NCBI GenBank assembly: GCA_038231455.1
Contig: JBBRLI010000008.1
Coordinates: 78,931 to 142,930 of the forward strand
Direction of reading: 5' to 3'
DNA: 64,000 bases
Source of the DNA: Vulcanimicrobiales bacterium
GTDB lineage: Bacteria > Vulcanimicrobiota > Vulcanimicrobiia > Vulcanimicrobiales > Vulcanimicrobiaceae
Shown here piece by piece: positions 9,837 to 19,965 of the stretch. The notes below the pieces were generated by a model. That model had not been told where the DNA came from. It worked only from the letters and a program-made list of their open reading frames with translations, and searched no databases. The stretch's first letter is position 1; each line of letters begins with the position of its first letter. Made by a program: the position numbers and the translations under genes.

Positions 9837-10304
9837 TCAAACGCGCTGCTCGGCGCGACGGCCGCCGCGCAGGTAGCGGCCCAAAACGACCGCCGTTCCC
9901 TTGCCCGGACGGCTCCGTACGGTGAAGACATCCGTGCACGACTGCATGATCGGAAGTCCGCGACCGCGCTCCGAATCCGTCGGCGGCAAGGCCGGTCCTG
10001 CCGGAACATCCGGTGGCGCGAAGCCGATGCCGGTGTCGACAACGGTCGCCACCAGCTTATCGCCGTCCAAAAACCACGTCGCGACTTCGATCGCTTCTCG
10101 GCTCTGCGCGTGCTCGATGGCGTTTGCCAAAGCCTCGCCGACCGCGATCATGAATTCGCGCAGATCGGCCTCCGGCAGCTCATAGGTATTCGCAAAGCTC
10201 ATGAGGCGTTCACGGACGTATTTGCCGTAGCGCGCATCGGGCGGGACGCGAAGCCGAAGGATAGCGCCCGGTCGCATCCGGGTCTCATGAGTGCTTCTTT
10301 TCAT
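9837..10304 (-). CDS. RsbW-like anti-sigma factor/HATPase_c_2 domain protein
   Basis: EALANAIEHA, DTGIGF and ERGRGLPIM GHKL boxes. Confidence 0.85.
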   Translation of the reverse strand: MKRSTHETRMRPGAILRLRVPPDARYGKYVRERLMSFANTYELPEADLREFMIAVGEALANAIEHAQSREAIEVATWFLDGDKLVATVVDTGIGFAPPDVPAGPALPPTDSERGRGLPIMQSCTDVFTVRSRPGKGTAVVLGRYLRGGRRAEQRV

Positions 10305-10366
10305 GGTGAATCCGAGTTGGTTTGCCCACGCGCGGCAGGAGGTAAACCCTTTCGCATCCGGACGTG

Positions 10367-10393
10367 AAAAAGGACCCGGCGCTTGCCGAGTCC
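10367..10393 (-). terminator. Intrinsic terminator downstream of the cupredoxin gene
   Basis: GGACTCGGC-AAGC-GCCGGGTCC followed by TTTTT on the minus strand. Confidence 0.75.
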
Positions 10394-10417
10394 CCGTTCA
10401 ATTGGGTCGGGTGGGGC

Positions 10418-10768
10418 CTACTTGACGATGAACTTCATCGCCATGTTGGCGTGGCCCGCGCCGCACACGAGCGTGCAATGCGCGACGAAGGTTCCGGCCT
10501 TCTTCGGGGTCACTTTGACGGCCGTGTCGGGCGTCGCGATGACAACGTTATTGAGGCCGATTTCCGGCACGTTGAGGCCGTGGGCGCCGGCGAGCGACTT
10601 GAAGTGGATCGTGGTGGTCTGGCCCTTTTTGAGCATGACGGTGTCGGGCGCAAACTTGAAGTTGGTCGAGCTGGCCGTGACGGTGATGTCTTTGGCCGAG
10701 GCCGGTGCGACGGTTGCGGCGCCAACGAGGGCGGCGGCGACGGCGAGTCCGGTGATGAGGTTACGCAA
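10418..10768 (-). CDS. Secreted stand-alone CuA-type cupredoxin (about 116 aa)
   Basis: GGAGG RBS with TTG start; Sec signal ending ASA; upstream His plus CTLVCGAGHANM (C-x3-C-x3-H-x2-M). Confidence 0.8.
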   Translation of the reverse strand: MRNLITGLAVAAALVGAATVAPASAKDITVTASSTNFKFAPDTVMLKKGQTTTIHFKSLAGAHGLNVPEIGLNNVVIATPDTAVKVTPKKAGTFVAHCTLVCGAGHANMAMKFIVK

Positions 10769-10946
10769 GGAAGTTCCTCCGAAAAAATGTTGATGAGGGC
10801 GTGGCCCCGATGTCGTTTGACGCCGGAGGGCCAATCTATGAACGCATATCAAACGCAAATAGGTCCGCGATAAAGGTCGCACGCGGCGGACTTTCGTTCC
10901 TGCTCTTGCGAGGCACGCGCCGGGCGGAGGCGAATGGGGCCCGCCT

Positions 10947-11444
10947 ATGGCGACCAATACAGTACCAACCGGCGACGAACTCACGGCCCTTGCGGAGGAA
11001 GCGAAAACCGTTCGCGCCCGCATCAAGACGGCCAAAGGCGACATCGTCCTCAAATTTTACCCTGAAGTCGCGCCGCAACATAGCGCGGCGTTCATCAAGC
11101 TGGCGCGTGCCGGTTTCTACGATGGCCTCAAATTTCACCGCGTGGAGCCGGGCTTCGTGATCCAAGGCGGCGATCCGAGCGGGAACGGCACGGGCGGACC
11201 CGGCTACCAGATCGATGCCGAATTCAGCGACTACAAACACATCAAAGGCACACTTGCGATGGCGCGTAGCTCGAACCCGAACTCCGCGGGATCGCAGTTT
11301 TATATCTGCCTCGAGGAAGCGTCGTTCCTCAACAAACAGTACACGGTATTCGGCCACACGGTCGAAGGCCAAGATGTGGTCGATTCGATTCGCAAAGACG
11401 ATGTGATGGAGACGGTCACGATCGAGGACGGTCCGGCCGAGTAG
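10947..11444 (+). CDS. Cyclophilin-type peptidyl-prolyl isomerase
   Basis: FYDGLKFHRV, QGGDP and SAGSQFYI motifs. Confidence 0.95.
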   Translation: MATNTVPTGDELTALAEEAKTVRARIKTAKGDIVLKFYPEVAPQHSAAFIKLARAGFYDGLKFHRVEPGFVIQGGDPSGNGTGGPGYQIDAEFSDYKHIKGTLAMARSSNPNSAGSQFYICLEEASFLNKQYTVFGHTVEGQDVVDSIRKDDVMETVTIEDGPAE

Positions 11445-11453
11445 CGTGCCTGC

Positions 11454-12284
11454 GTGCTAGGCGCCGGAGCGATCCGCTTCGGCGCGCAAGGGTGGTCGTA
11501 CGCCGACTGGGTCGGCCCGATGTACGATGCGGATACGAAGCCCGATCGTTACCTGCGCGCGTACGCACGCGAATTCAATACGGTCGAGATCGACTCGACG
11601 TTTTATGGAACGCCGCCGATCGAACGCGTCGTGCGCTGGTGCGCGACCGTTCCGGCTGACTTTACGTTCGCAATCAAAGTCCCACGCGAAATCACGCACC
11701 AGCGGCACTTGCGCGGATGCGAGCGCGAGACGGCCGAGCTCTTCGCTAGCGCGGCTGCGTTCGGCGAGAAACTCGAAGCCGTCCTCGTGCAGCTCGGCCC
11801 CGATTTTTCGCCCGATGAATTCGAGGCCTTAGCGGCCTACGTCGCTATCGTCCCCTCCGATGCAATGCGAATCGCCGTCGAAGTGCGCGACGTGCGGTGG
11901 TTCGAGCCCGCGATGCTGCTACGGCTACGCGATCTGCTCGGGTCGCGCGGCATTGCGCTTGCGCTCTCCGATGGCATTTTCGTTCCGCTTGACGCGATGC
12001 TCGCCGAGATTGCGGAACCGACGGCGGATTTTTTGTATCTCCGCTGGCTCGGTGCGCGTGATGCCGTTGCACGATATCACACCGTGCAGATCGATCGAGC
12101 AAACCAGGTCGCACAGTGGGCGACGGCGATCAAGCGCGCCCCGGCGCGAATTCGCCGCGCGACCGGATATGTTAACAACCACTATTCCGGACACAGCCCG
12201 GCGACGGTGCGCGAGTTGCTCGCGGCGCTTGGCGTGTCGCACGTCCAGCCAAAGCGGATCGAGCAGACGTCGCTGTTTTCTTAA
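11454..12284 (+). CDS. DUF72 family protein
   Basis: GWSY, VEIDSTFY, KVPREITH and NNHY motifs. Confidence 0.9.
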   Translation: MLGAGAIRFGAQGWSYADWVGPMYDADTKPDRYLRAYAREFNTVEIDSTFYGTPPIERVVRWCATVPADFTFAIKVPREITHQRHLRGCERETAELFASAAAFGEKLEAVLVQLGPDFSPDEFEALAAYVAIVPSDAMRIAVEVRDVRWFEPAMLLRLRDLLGSRGIALALSDGIFVPLDAMLAEIAEPTADFLYLRWLGARDAVARYHTVQIDRANQVAQWATAIKRAPARIRRATGYVNNHYSGHSPATVRELLAALGVSHVQPKRIEQTSLFS

Positions 12285-12511
12285 GCCGACGCTTTGAGGC
12301 TGGTCTCCACGTCGAGAAATTCAACGATCGTCTCGGGCTGCGGCACTGGCTCGCCGTGTTTGTGAAGGCTTTCGATATGGTATTTGATCGCGCTCTCGAT
12401 ATTTTCGCGAGCCTCTTCAAGTGTTGCTCCGGCACCGATGCAGCCGGGAAGATCCGGGACTGAGGCACCGTATCCGGTTCCGGTCCGATCGAAACAAACC
12501 GCGTATTTCAT
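12281..12511 (-). CDS. hicB: HicB-family antitoxin
   Basis: VPDLPGC..GATLEEA motif; ATGA coupling to hicA. Confidence 0.9.
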   Translation of the reverse strand: MKYAVCFDRTGTGYGASVPDLPGCIGAGATLEEARENIESAIKYHIESLHKHGEPVPQPETIVEFLDVETSLKASA

Positions 12512-12699
12512 TTCAAACCTGCCTGTTTCTGAATTGAAGCCCACATCTTCGGCGAAAGATCGTCGGACTCTTTACCGGGGAGTGTGACAGTGCGGGGTTT
12601 TGAGGGGTGCCGGAACTGGCGATGTGACCCGTTCTGGCGGTCTCTGAACCAGCCGTCTTTGGCGAGGATACTGAGGGCTTTCCTGACGGTTGTCGGCAC
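12508..12699 (-). CDS. hicA: HicA-family mRNA interferase toxin
   Basis: DGW..RQNGSHRQFRHP and SIQKQAGL motifs. Confidence 0.9.
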   Translation of the reverse strand: MPTTVRKALSILAKDGWFRDRQNGSHRQFRHPSKPRTVTLPGKESDDLSPKMWASIQKQAGLK

Positions 12700-12827
12700 T
12701 GCTTTCGCTTCTTTCGTCGATGTGTTCTCGACTCACATCGTAGCATTTTGTTCGTGTGAGACTTGAGCGAAACGAAAGTGGATTCACCTTTGGCGGGCAA
12801 CAGATTGAACACCGCGAAGCGGCTCCC

Positions 12828-13547
12828 ATGAATCGACTATACGAACGAATTACCCTGACCGTTTGCGCCATTGCTTTAAGTGCAATTGCTCTTCATGTCG
12901 TCGTGGTACCGCATTCCGCGGAGGCGGCGTCTCGAGCGCCAATTGAAGAACTCACCGTAAAGCGTTTGCGCGTGGTCGATGCATCGGGCGTCGTGCGCTT
13001 GTTGCTTAGCGGAAAGCCACAGCCAGAGGGGATGATCGATGGCAAGGTTCTTTCAAATCCCGGCGAGCCACGATCGAGAGCTGGGTTACTCTTCTATAAC
13101 GAACATGGTGATGAACAAGGCGGGATATCTTTCGAGGGGTCTGATGGTCACCAGAGCGCCAATCTTTCGTTCGATGCTTGGCACCAAGATCAAGCCCTCG
13201 AAATTCAGCATGGCGACAACTCTTCGCAAAGTGATTCGTATATCGCGGGAAACGATCTGCCGAAAGCTTCAATAGTCAAAACGTCGCCGCTGGTGCTCGA
13301 AGCCCTTAAGAAAGCGTCAACGCAAGACGAACGCAACGCAGTCTTTAAAGAGCTGCGTGCCAAAGGCTTGTATCGAAACCGACGATTTGTTCTCGGGGAA
13401 ATCAACCACGTTTCTCAACTCGGTTTGAGCGACGATCAGGGACGCGCTCGCATCCGTCTCACCGTTACGCCCCAAGGCGACGCGGCGATCGAGTTCCTCG
13501 ACACTGAGGGGAAAGTCGTAAAGACCGTTTCGCCGGCGAACGGTTAA
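12828..13547 (+). CDS. Hypothetical membrane-anchored/secreted protein
   Basis: N-terminal hydrophobic helix; repeated beta-rich 'VVD..G.VR/FLD.EGKV' segments. Confidence 0.65.
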   Translation: MNRLYERITLTVCAIALSAIALHVVVVPHSAEAASRAPIEELTVKRLRVVDASGVVRLLLSGKPQPEGMIDGKVLSNPGEPRSRAGLLFYNEHGDEQGGISFEGSDGHQSANLSFDAWHQDQALEIQHGDNSSQSDSYIAGNDLPKASIVKTSPLVLEALKKASTQDERNAVFKELRAKGLYRNRRFVLGEINHVSQLGLSDDQGRARIRLTVTPQGDAAIEFLDTEGKVVKTVSPANG

Positions 13548-13635
13548 GGGTTTTGTCGGCCACCCGAGTTTTTAGCTACCGCGCTCCTCAATCCGACGCC
13601 GCGGCGTGGGCTGCATTTCTGTAATTCGGCCCCGC

Positions 13636-14499
13636 TCAGCTAGCGTGAAGATGCGCGAAGACGCGACGGGAGATCGCAGCGATGCCGGCGTTCCCGGCGC
13701 CTTCGTTGCGCAGACCTTTTGTCAGCACCACTAAGATATACGGAATCTCACCGGCCGGATCGACGATCGCAACGTCGTTACGGACGCCGTCGATTTCACC
13801 GGTTTTATTCGCAATCGCGATCCCCCGAGGAACGCCGCGCGGGATCTTCGTGCGGTCTTCCTGTCCGAGCATTGTTGCGATCATCGCGCGACATGACGCG
13901 ACGCTTGCAACCGTGTCGATCCCTTCGCGCGCACCGCGTTCGAGCGCGTGCACGAGCGATCCGAGGTCGCGGGCGGTAGTGACGTTTTCATTGTGTTTCA
14001 CGATAGCAAGATAGTCGAGAAAATGCCGTGCGAGTTTGGTGCGCGTCATTCCGGCTGATTGAATGGCCTGGTTGATCCGCGTAAAGCCAAAATGGGAAAT
14101 CAGCATGTTCGATGCGCCGTTGTCGCTCTGTTGGATCATGGCTTTGATCAAGAACGCCATCTGGTAATGCTGGCCGACGCGCGCATAGCCAAGCGACGGC
14201 GAGCCGCCAACGAGGTCGCCGGTATTGACGCGTACCGCCGTGTGCGGCGTCGCCGTCCCGTTCTCGTACGCGTGATAAGCGGTGAGCATGATCGCAAGTT
14301 TGATCGTCGACGCTGCCGAGAACCGCTCGTCTTGGCGAATCGTTGCGAGCGGCGGGCCTTCGTCCATCGTTCGCACGTAGACACTCGTCGTACCCGGGAT
14401 CTCCGCAATAAGATCCCCGAGCGGAATCGCTGCAGCGTCGGCGCGGTTGGGGAAGGCCAGTGCAGCAAGCGTGCCGCCGATGAAGAGCGATCGTTGCAT
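13636..14499 (-). CDS. Class A beta-lactamase-like serine hydrolase
   Basis: STIK (SxxK), SDN and KTG motifs; export signal. Confidence 0.85.
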   Translation of the reverse strand: MQRSLFIGGTLAALAFPNRADAAAIPLGDLIAEIPGTTSVYVRTMDEGPPLATIRQDERFSAASTIKLAIMLTAYHAYENGTATPHTAVRVNTGDLVGGSPSLGYARVGQHYQMAFLIKAMIQQSDNGASNMLISHFGFTRINQAIQSAGMTRTKLARHFLDYLAIVKHNENVTTARDLGSLVHALERGAREGIDTVASVASCRAMIATMLGQEDRTKIPRGVPRGIAIANKTGEIDGVRNDVAIVDPAGEIPYILVVLTKGLRNEGAGNAGIAAISRRVFAHLHAS

Positions 14500-14553
14500 G
14501 CGTGCCCGTTCGTGCGAGAAGGTCCACGTCCTTGAGACAGAAGCGAGTGCTCG

Positions 14554-15174
14554 ATGATCGGACTTGTATCACTTGTCCTAAGCGGCACGCTCTTCGTTGT
14601 CGATCCGGGGCACGGCACGCGCTACCCCGATGGTCGATCGCTGAACGTCGGCGCGGTTTCCAAAAGTGGGATTCGCGAAGCCGCGGTTACGCTCGCGGTT
14701 GGCGAACGGCTTGCGGCATTGCTGCGCGAGCGCGGAGCGAAGGTCGTGCTCACGCGCAGCTTCGCGGAGCCGTACCGGATTGCGACGAACAAAAATCGCG
14801 ATAATCGGGCACGTGCGGCACTGGCGAACAAAATCGGTGCGACCGCGTTCATCGCCGTGCACTGCGATGCATCGCTCGACCCCCGCGCACGCGGCACGTC
14901 GGTCTTTTGGCTTAAGTCAAACGGCGCCGGTCTTGCCAACGCCATCCGTCATCGGCTTGCGCCGCTCGCACTTGGCGAGTCCCAGTTTCGCGCCCGCGAC
15001 CTCGCCGTGACGAGCGAAGCAACCGTGCCGGCGGTCCTTGTGGAACTCGGCTTTATTACCAACCCAACGCAAGCACGTACGCTTACCGATCCCATTTTTC
15101 AAGCGCGCGAAGCGCGGGCGCTCGCGGACGCGCTCGCCGAGCGTTTCGGCGCGCACCCGGAGGCAGCTCACTAG
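14554..15174 (+). CDS. N-acetylmuramoyl-L-alanine amidase (Amidase_3)
   Basis: DPGHG, E, VHCD and LVELGFITN motifs. Confidence 0.9.
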   Translation: MIGLVSLVLSGTLFVVDPGHGTRYPDGRSLNVGAVSKSGIREAAVTLAVGERLAALLRERGAKVVLTRSFAEPYRIATNKNRDNRARAALANKIGATAFIAVHCDASLDPRARGTSVFWLKSNGAGLANAIRHRLAPLALGESQFRARDLAVTSEATVPAVLVELGFITNPTQARTLTDPIFQAREARALADALAERFGAHPEAAH

Positions 15175-17198
15175 TGGCTCTCACACCAAGCGATCTCTAT
15201 GCGTTCGTCGGCGTCTCCGATCCGAATATCGTGCGCGTGGGTTCGACGGTGTATTACGCGCGCACGACGTTCGATCGCGCAGCCGACGCGCAGTTCTCGA
15301 CGATCTGGCGCGTCGATCACGATGCATCGACGGCGCGCGCGTTTACCTCGGGCACCAAAGATCGTCTGCCGCGGCCATCGCCGACGGGGACGACGCTTGC
15401 CTTCGTCGCCGAACGCGATGGTAGCACGCGCATCCATCTCATGCCGACCAGCGGCGGCGAAGCGCGTCCGCTCGGTGAATCGTACAAGACGGTGACGAGT
15501 CTTGTCTGGTCGCCGGATGGCACAAAACTCGCGTTCACCGCGACGACCGCACACGAACCGACGACCGCCAAGATCTTTCACGACGAGGTCTCCGGAGCGC
15601 GACACATTCGCGCGCTACCCTTTAAGAGTGATGACGATGGGTTGCTCGACGGCACGCGCAAACATCTCTTTGTCTTCGACGTCGCGAGCGGTGCGTGCGA
15701 ACGCATAACCAGCGGCGACTTCGATGTTAGCGCACCGGCGTGGTCGCCCGATGGTACGCGCATCGCCTTCGGCGCGTCGATCGGCCTGCCCGAGTGGAGT
15801 TTCCGCTCCGACGTCCACGTTGTAACGCTCGCGAGCAAAGCGATCGTCGCGATCACGCATGGCGAAGGACAACAGTCCGACCCGGCATTTTCGAACGACG
15901 GCGAGCAGATCGCGTTCGTCGGGCATCGACACGGGGATGCGGGCGGTCGGGTCGATACCGAACTCTATGTCGTTCCGGCAACCGGCGGCGAACCGGTGTC
16001 GCTCTCGCCTTCGCGCGGGCGCACGATGGGCTTTGTGATCGCAAGCGATCTCCGCGCAGGCCCGGTAACGACGGCTCCCGTCTGGTCGCCTGATGACCGC
16101 GAGGTTTTCGTTCTGGTCAGCGATGAAGGCACCACGGCGATCGAAGCGTATCCGCGCGCGGGTGGCGCGCATCGGACCGTTGCCGGCGGAGAGCGTGCGG
16201 TGGCGGCTTTTTCATGTGCCGATGACGGATCGGTGGCACTCGCTTACGTGACGCCGACGATCCCATGCGATCTTGCGCTCGTGCGCGCGGGGCGCGAGAC
16301 GCGGCTCACGCACGTCAACGACGCACTCCTCGAAGAGAAAGGCGTGATCGCGCCGACACGCCTGCGTCCGATGACGCCCGACGGCGTGAAACTTGACTTG
16401 TGGATTCTCCAACCGCCACATGCGGAGTCACCACCGCCGTTCGTGCTAGAAGTGCACGGTGGTCCACATGCTGCGTATGGGTACGCATTCTTCCTAGAAT
16501 TTCAAATTCTCGCCGCGATGGGATTCGTCGTGGCATACGGTAACCCGCGCGGTGGACAGAGTTACGGCGCCGCATTCTCCGATGCGATTACCGGCGACTG
16601 GGGCGGGATAGACGTTGCCGACGTGCTCACGATTCTCGACGCCGCGATCGCCCACACGAGCCCCGATCCCAAGCGGATCGGCATCGCCGGCGGCTCGTAC
16701 GGCGGCTTCATGACGACGTGGTTGCTCGGACATAGCGATCGTTTTGCCGCCGGTGTCTCAATGCGCGCCGTCAACGATTTTGTCAGCGAAGTCGGCGCCT
16801 CGGACCTCGGTTGGTTTTTGGAACCGGAAGTCGGTGCGCCGTACGAAGCCGACATGGGCCGCAAGCTCTTCGAGAATTCACCGATGCGTGCGGCCGACAA
16901 GATTACCGCTCCGCTCCTGGTGGAACATTCCGAACGCGACTATCGCTGTCCGATCGATCAAGGCGAGCAACTCTTCACGCTGCTTCGCCGGTTCGGACGC
17001 TCGAACGTCGAGTTCGTGCGCTTCACGGGCGACGGGCACAATCTCTCGCGCACCGGCAAACCGCGCAACCGCGTCCTGCGCTTGCGGGCGATCGCGCACT
17101 GGTTTCTGCGGCATCTGAGGCCCACGGGAATCGACGTCCCCGCCGACTCCGCAGGCGTGCTGTTCGCTGCGCTCCCCGGCGAGGTCGAACCGGTTTAG
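15174..17198 (+). CDS. S9-family (acylaminoacyl/dipeptidyl) peptidase
   Basis: WSPDG propeller repeats, HGGPH, GGSYGG, DYRC and GH catalytic residues. Confidence 0.92.
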   Translation: MALTPSDLYAFVGVSDPNIVRVGSTVYYARTTFDRAADAQFSTIWRVDHDASTARAFTSGTKDRLPRPSPTGTTLAFVAERDGSTRIHLMPTSGGEARPLGESYKTVTSLVWSPDGTKLAFTATTAHEPTTAKIFHDEVSGARHIRALPFKSDDDGLLDGTRKHLFVFDVASGACERITSGDFDVSAPAWSPDGTRIAFGASIGLPEWSFRSDVHVVTLASKAIVAITHGEGQQSDPAFSNDGEQIAFVGHRHGDAGGRVDTELYVVPATGGEPVSLSPSRGRTMGFVIASDLRAGPVTTAPVWSPDDREVFVLVSDEGTTAIEAYPRAGGAHRTVAGGERAVAAFSCADDGSVALAYVTPTIPCDLALVRAGRETRLTHVNDALLEEKGVIAPTRLRPMTPDGVKLDLWILQPPHAESPPPFVLEVHGGPHAAYGYAFFLEFQILAAMGFVVAYGNPRGGQSYGAAFSDAITGDWGGIDVADVLTILDAAIAHTSPDPKRIGIAGGSYGGFMTTWLLGHSDRFAAGVSMRAVNDFVSEVGASDLGWFLEPEVGAPYEADMGRKLFENSPMRAADKITAPLLVEHSERDYRCPIDQGEQLFTLLRRFGRSNVEFVRFTGDGHNLSRTGKPRNRVLRLRAIAHWFLRHLRPTGIDVPADSAGVLFAALPGEVEPV

Positions 17199-17992
17199 CT
17201 TCCCGTGCCTTGGTACTTATCGAGTCCGACGCGCCACAGCAGATATGCGGCCCCAAGCCAGATCGCGCCGACGATTGGTGTCAGCAGGCCGACGGCGGGG
17301 TTGAGCTGCAAGCCGGATTCGACTTTGTGCAAGAGATACGTTGCCGGGAAATAGTTCATGAAGGCAAACGGGAAGATGAACGCCATGACCACGCGCACGC
17401 CACGGTTGTAAATCGAGATCGGATAGCGCGAAAAATCTTGCTCGAGTGACATCATCACCCACGTGAGTGCGTCGATCTTCACAAACCAAAACGATGCCGC
17501 AGCGATTGCGACGCCGATACCGGCATCGATGAGCGCGCCTCCGAGCGCGACGAGCGGCACGTACAAGACAAAGATCGCATCGACGTGTACCTGACTATAC
17601 ACCGTGACGACGCAGAAATAGACGATCGCTAAGATCAACTCGTCCGGAAAGATTTGTTGTGGAACGGTGATCGTTTGGAAAAGCGTATCGAGCGGGCGTA
17701 CGAGGAAGCGATCGAAACGTCCCTCGCGCACGAATTCCGGCACGTTTCTTACGCTCGCGAAGAGCGTGTTGTTGAGCGAGTGCCCGAGCATCCACAAACC
17801 GTACATGAACGCCGACTCTTTAAAGCTCCAACCGTTGAGCGAAGGGAACTGATGGAGCGTCACCCACAGCGCGAACACGGCCGTCGCATGGTAGATGATC
17901 GAGAAGCCGAACCACATGATGAAGTTGGCCCGGTATTCGAGCATCGTCAGGAGGTTAATACGCCAATATTGGATGTAGGCGGCGAGGCTCAC
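17195..17992 (-). CDS. ABC-2 family (DUF990-type) permease
   Basis: EYRANF, GRFDRFLVRP, YPISIY and C-terminal YQGTGS. Confidence 0.85.
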   Translation of the reverse strand: MSLAAYIQYWRINLLTMLEYRANFIMWFGFSIIYHATAVFALWVTLHQFPSLNGWSFKESAFMYGLWMLGHSLNNTLFASVRNVPEFVREGRFDRFLVRPLDTLFQTITVPQQIFPDELILAIVYFCVVTVYSQVHVDAIFVLYVPLVALGGALIDAGIGVAIAAASFWFVKIDALTWVMMSLEQDFSRYPISIYNRGVRVVMAFIFPFAFMNYFPATYLLHKVESGLQLNPAVGLLTPIVGAIWLGAAYLLWRVGLDKYQGTGS

Positions 17993-17994
17993 AC

Positions 17995-18885
17995 GTGGTG
18001 AGTTCGACGAGGATCGCCGTGCGACCGCCGTACCGCCTCGACCTCACCGCGACGGCACTGCGCCGCCTCTCGACGAATGTCGTGGACGTCTTCGGCGAGG
18101 ACGGCCGCTACCGGCGCGCCTTCGCCGATACGCACGGCCGCTCTCTCGTTACCGTGCATCAACCGAACCCGACCGAACTCGTCGTCGCATGCGAAGGCGA
18201 CGCGCACGTCGATGCCGTTGCGCTGGCCCAGCGCATGCTCGGCGTCAACGTCGACCTCGAACCGTTTTACACGGCGAGCGCGGCCTATCCGTGGCTGCAC
18301 CGGCTCGTCGTGCAAATGCGCGGCGTGAAATCGCCGCGCTATCCGACGCTCTGGGAGGCGATCGTGAACGCGATCGTTTTCCAGCAAATCTCGATTCACG
18401 CTGCCGGTGCGATTCTGCGCCGCATCATCGAGCGCTACGAAACGCCAACACTGGTCGGCGAGGTACGTTTGTACCCGTTCCCCGAACCGCACATCATCGC
18501 CGATGCGGATGCAGAAGAGCTGCGCGCGCTCGGTCTCTCGATCAATAAAGTCATTGCGCTGCGCGGGCTTGCGCGAGCGCTCATCGACGGAGCAATCGTC
18601 GAAGCGGATTTGACCCCGCTACGCACGCCGGAGGTGATCGAGCGCCTTATCATCCACCGCGGAATCGGTCCGTGGACCGCGGCGGTCATCTCGCTGCGGG
18701 GCCTCGGGCGGCTCGATATTTTCCCCGAGAAAGACTCGGGCGTCGCGGTCAGCCTCAAAGCGCTCTCGGGTGAGGCGGAGGTGGACGCGCCGGGGATTCT
18801 GGCGACGCTCGGCAGCCAGCGCGGCATGCTCTACTACCACTTGCTCCTTGGACGCCTCGCCGCACGTGGAGAGATCGTCCCGTAG
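17995..18885 (+). CDS. alkA: AlkA-family DNA-3-methyladenine glycosylase
   Basis: QQIS, HhH RGIGPWTA and catalytic D in FPEKD. Confidence 0.85.
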   Translation: MVSSTRIAVRPPYRLDLTATALRRLSTNVVDVFGEDGRYRRAFADTHGRSLVTVHQPNPTELVVACEGDAHVDAVALAQRMLGVNVDLEPFYTASAAYPWLHRLVVQMRGVKSPRYPTLWEAIVNAIVFQQISIHAAGAILRRIIERYETPTLVGEVRLYPFPEPHIIADADAEELRALGLSINKVIALRGLARALIDGAIVEADLTPLRTPEVIERLIIHRGIGPWTAAVISLRGLGRLDIFPEKDSGVAVSLKALSGEAEVDAPGILATLGSQRGMLYYHLLLGRLAARGEIVP

Positions 18886-18918
18886 AACCGGTGCAACCGT
18901 GCCCGGGTTATAGAGAGC

Positions 18919-19641
18919 ATGAGCACCACGGCATCGTCTTTTATCGTCCAGCGGAGCGCGGAGCGCTACCACGGGGACCACGGCTGGCTGAGCACCTACC
19001 ATTCGTTCAGCTTTGCCGACTACTTCGACCCGAACAACCTGAATTGGGGCGCGCTTCGCGTCTTCAATGACGACCGTGTGCTCAAAGGCAAGGGCTTTGG
19101 GACCCATCCGCACCGCGACATGGAGATCGTCACCTACGTCATCGACGGTGAACTCGAACACAAAGATTCGATGGGCAATCACGGCGTTGTGAAGCCGGGC
19201 GGCATCCAGTATCTGAGCGCCGGTACCGGGCTCACCCATAGCGAGTTCAATCATTCGAAAGATAACGACGTACACTTCGTGCAGATGTGGGTGCTGCCGC
19301 GCTCGGCGGGTCTCAAACCCAACTACGGTCAGCAGCAGTTCGAACGCGCCGACCGCCTCAATGCGTGGTTGACGGTCGCAAGCGGTCAACCGGACGTCCT
19401 CGCGCCGGTCGCGTTGCTTGCCGATGCCTCGATGCACGTCACGCGTTTGGAGAACGGCGATGTCACCTATCACTACGGTGCGGACCGTTTTGGATTCGTC
19501 TTTGTCGCCGAGGGCGAGGTGGAAATCAACGGCGAGAAACTCTCGGCTGGTGATAGCGTGCGCGTGCACGGTGTCGAGACGGTAACGGCAAGAGGCAACG
19601 GTGAACTCGTGCTCTGGGATGTCCCGCCGGCGGCCGCGTGA
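18919..19641 (+). CDS. Pirin-family protein
   Basis: GFGTHPHRDMEI and HSE metal ligands. Confidence 0.93.
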   Translation: MSTTASSFIVQRSAERYHGDHGWLSTYHSFSFADYFDPNNLNWGALRVFNDDRVLKGKGFGTHPHRDMEIVTYVIDGELEHKDSMGNHGVVKPGGIQYLSAGTGLTHSEFNHSKDNDVHFVQMWVLPRSAGLKPNYGQQQFERADRLNAWLTVASGQPDVLAPVALLADASMHVTRLENGDVTYHYGADRFGFVFVAEGEVEINGEKLSAGDSVRVHGVETVTARGNGELVLWDVPPAAA

Positions 19642-19898
19642 ACTCGGCCTGCACGCACACTGCAACGATTCACAAGGTGAAGCCGAGCGCGGATGGGTGC
19701 GCGGAGTGTCTCAAACTCGGCGATACCTGGGTGCATCTTCGTATGTGCCTCGAATGCGGTAACGTCGCGTGCTGCGACTCGAGTAAGAACAAGCACGCGA
19801 CCAAACACTTCCACGCATCCAAACACCCGATCATCACCTCGCGCCAGCCCGGCGAGACGTGGAAGTGGTGTTACGTTGACGAGATCGGCTGGGAATAG
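19638..19898 (+). CDS. Stand-alone UBP-type zinc-finger protein
   Basis: CTH, CAEC, CLECG..CCDSS..KHA..H and W.WCY pattern. Confidence 0.9.
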   Translation: MNSACTHTATIHKVKPSADGCAECLKLGDTWVHLRMCLECGNVACCDSSKNKHATKHFHASKHPIITSRQPGETWKWCYVDEIGWE

Positions 19899-19965
19899 GG
19901 CCCTTCGCCAATTGGCGCAAGGGAGAAGGCGTCGCAAGCGAGCAACTCGCCGAATGTTTTTGACG

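Noticed and set aside
10866-10881. CGCGA-N6-TCGCA upstream of the cupredoxin as another regulon site
   Set aside because: It has four mismatches to the consensus and the wrong spacing (27 nt) to the nearest -10-like hexamer.
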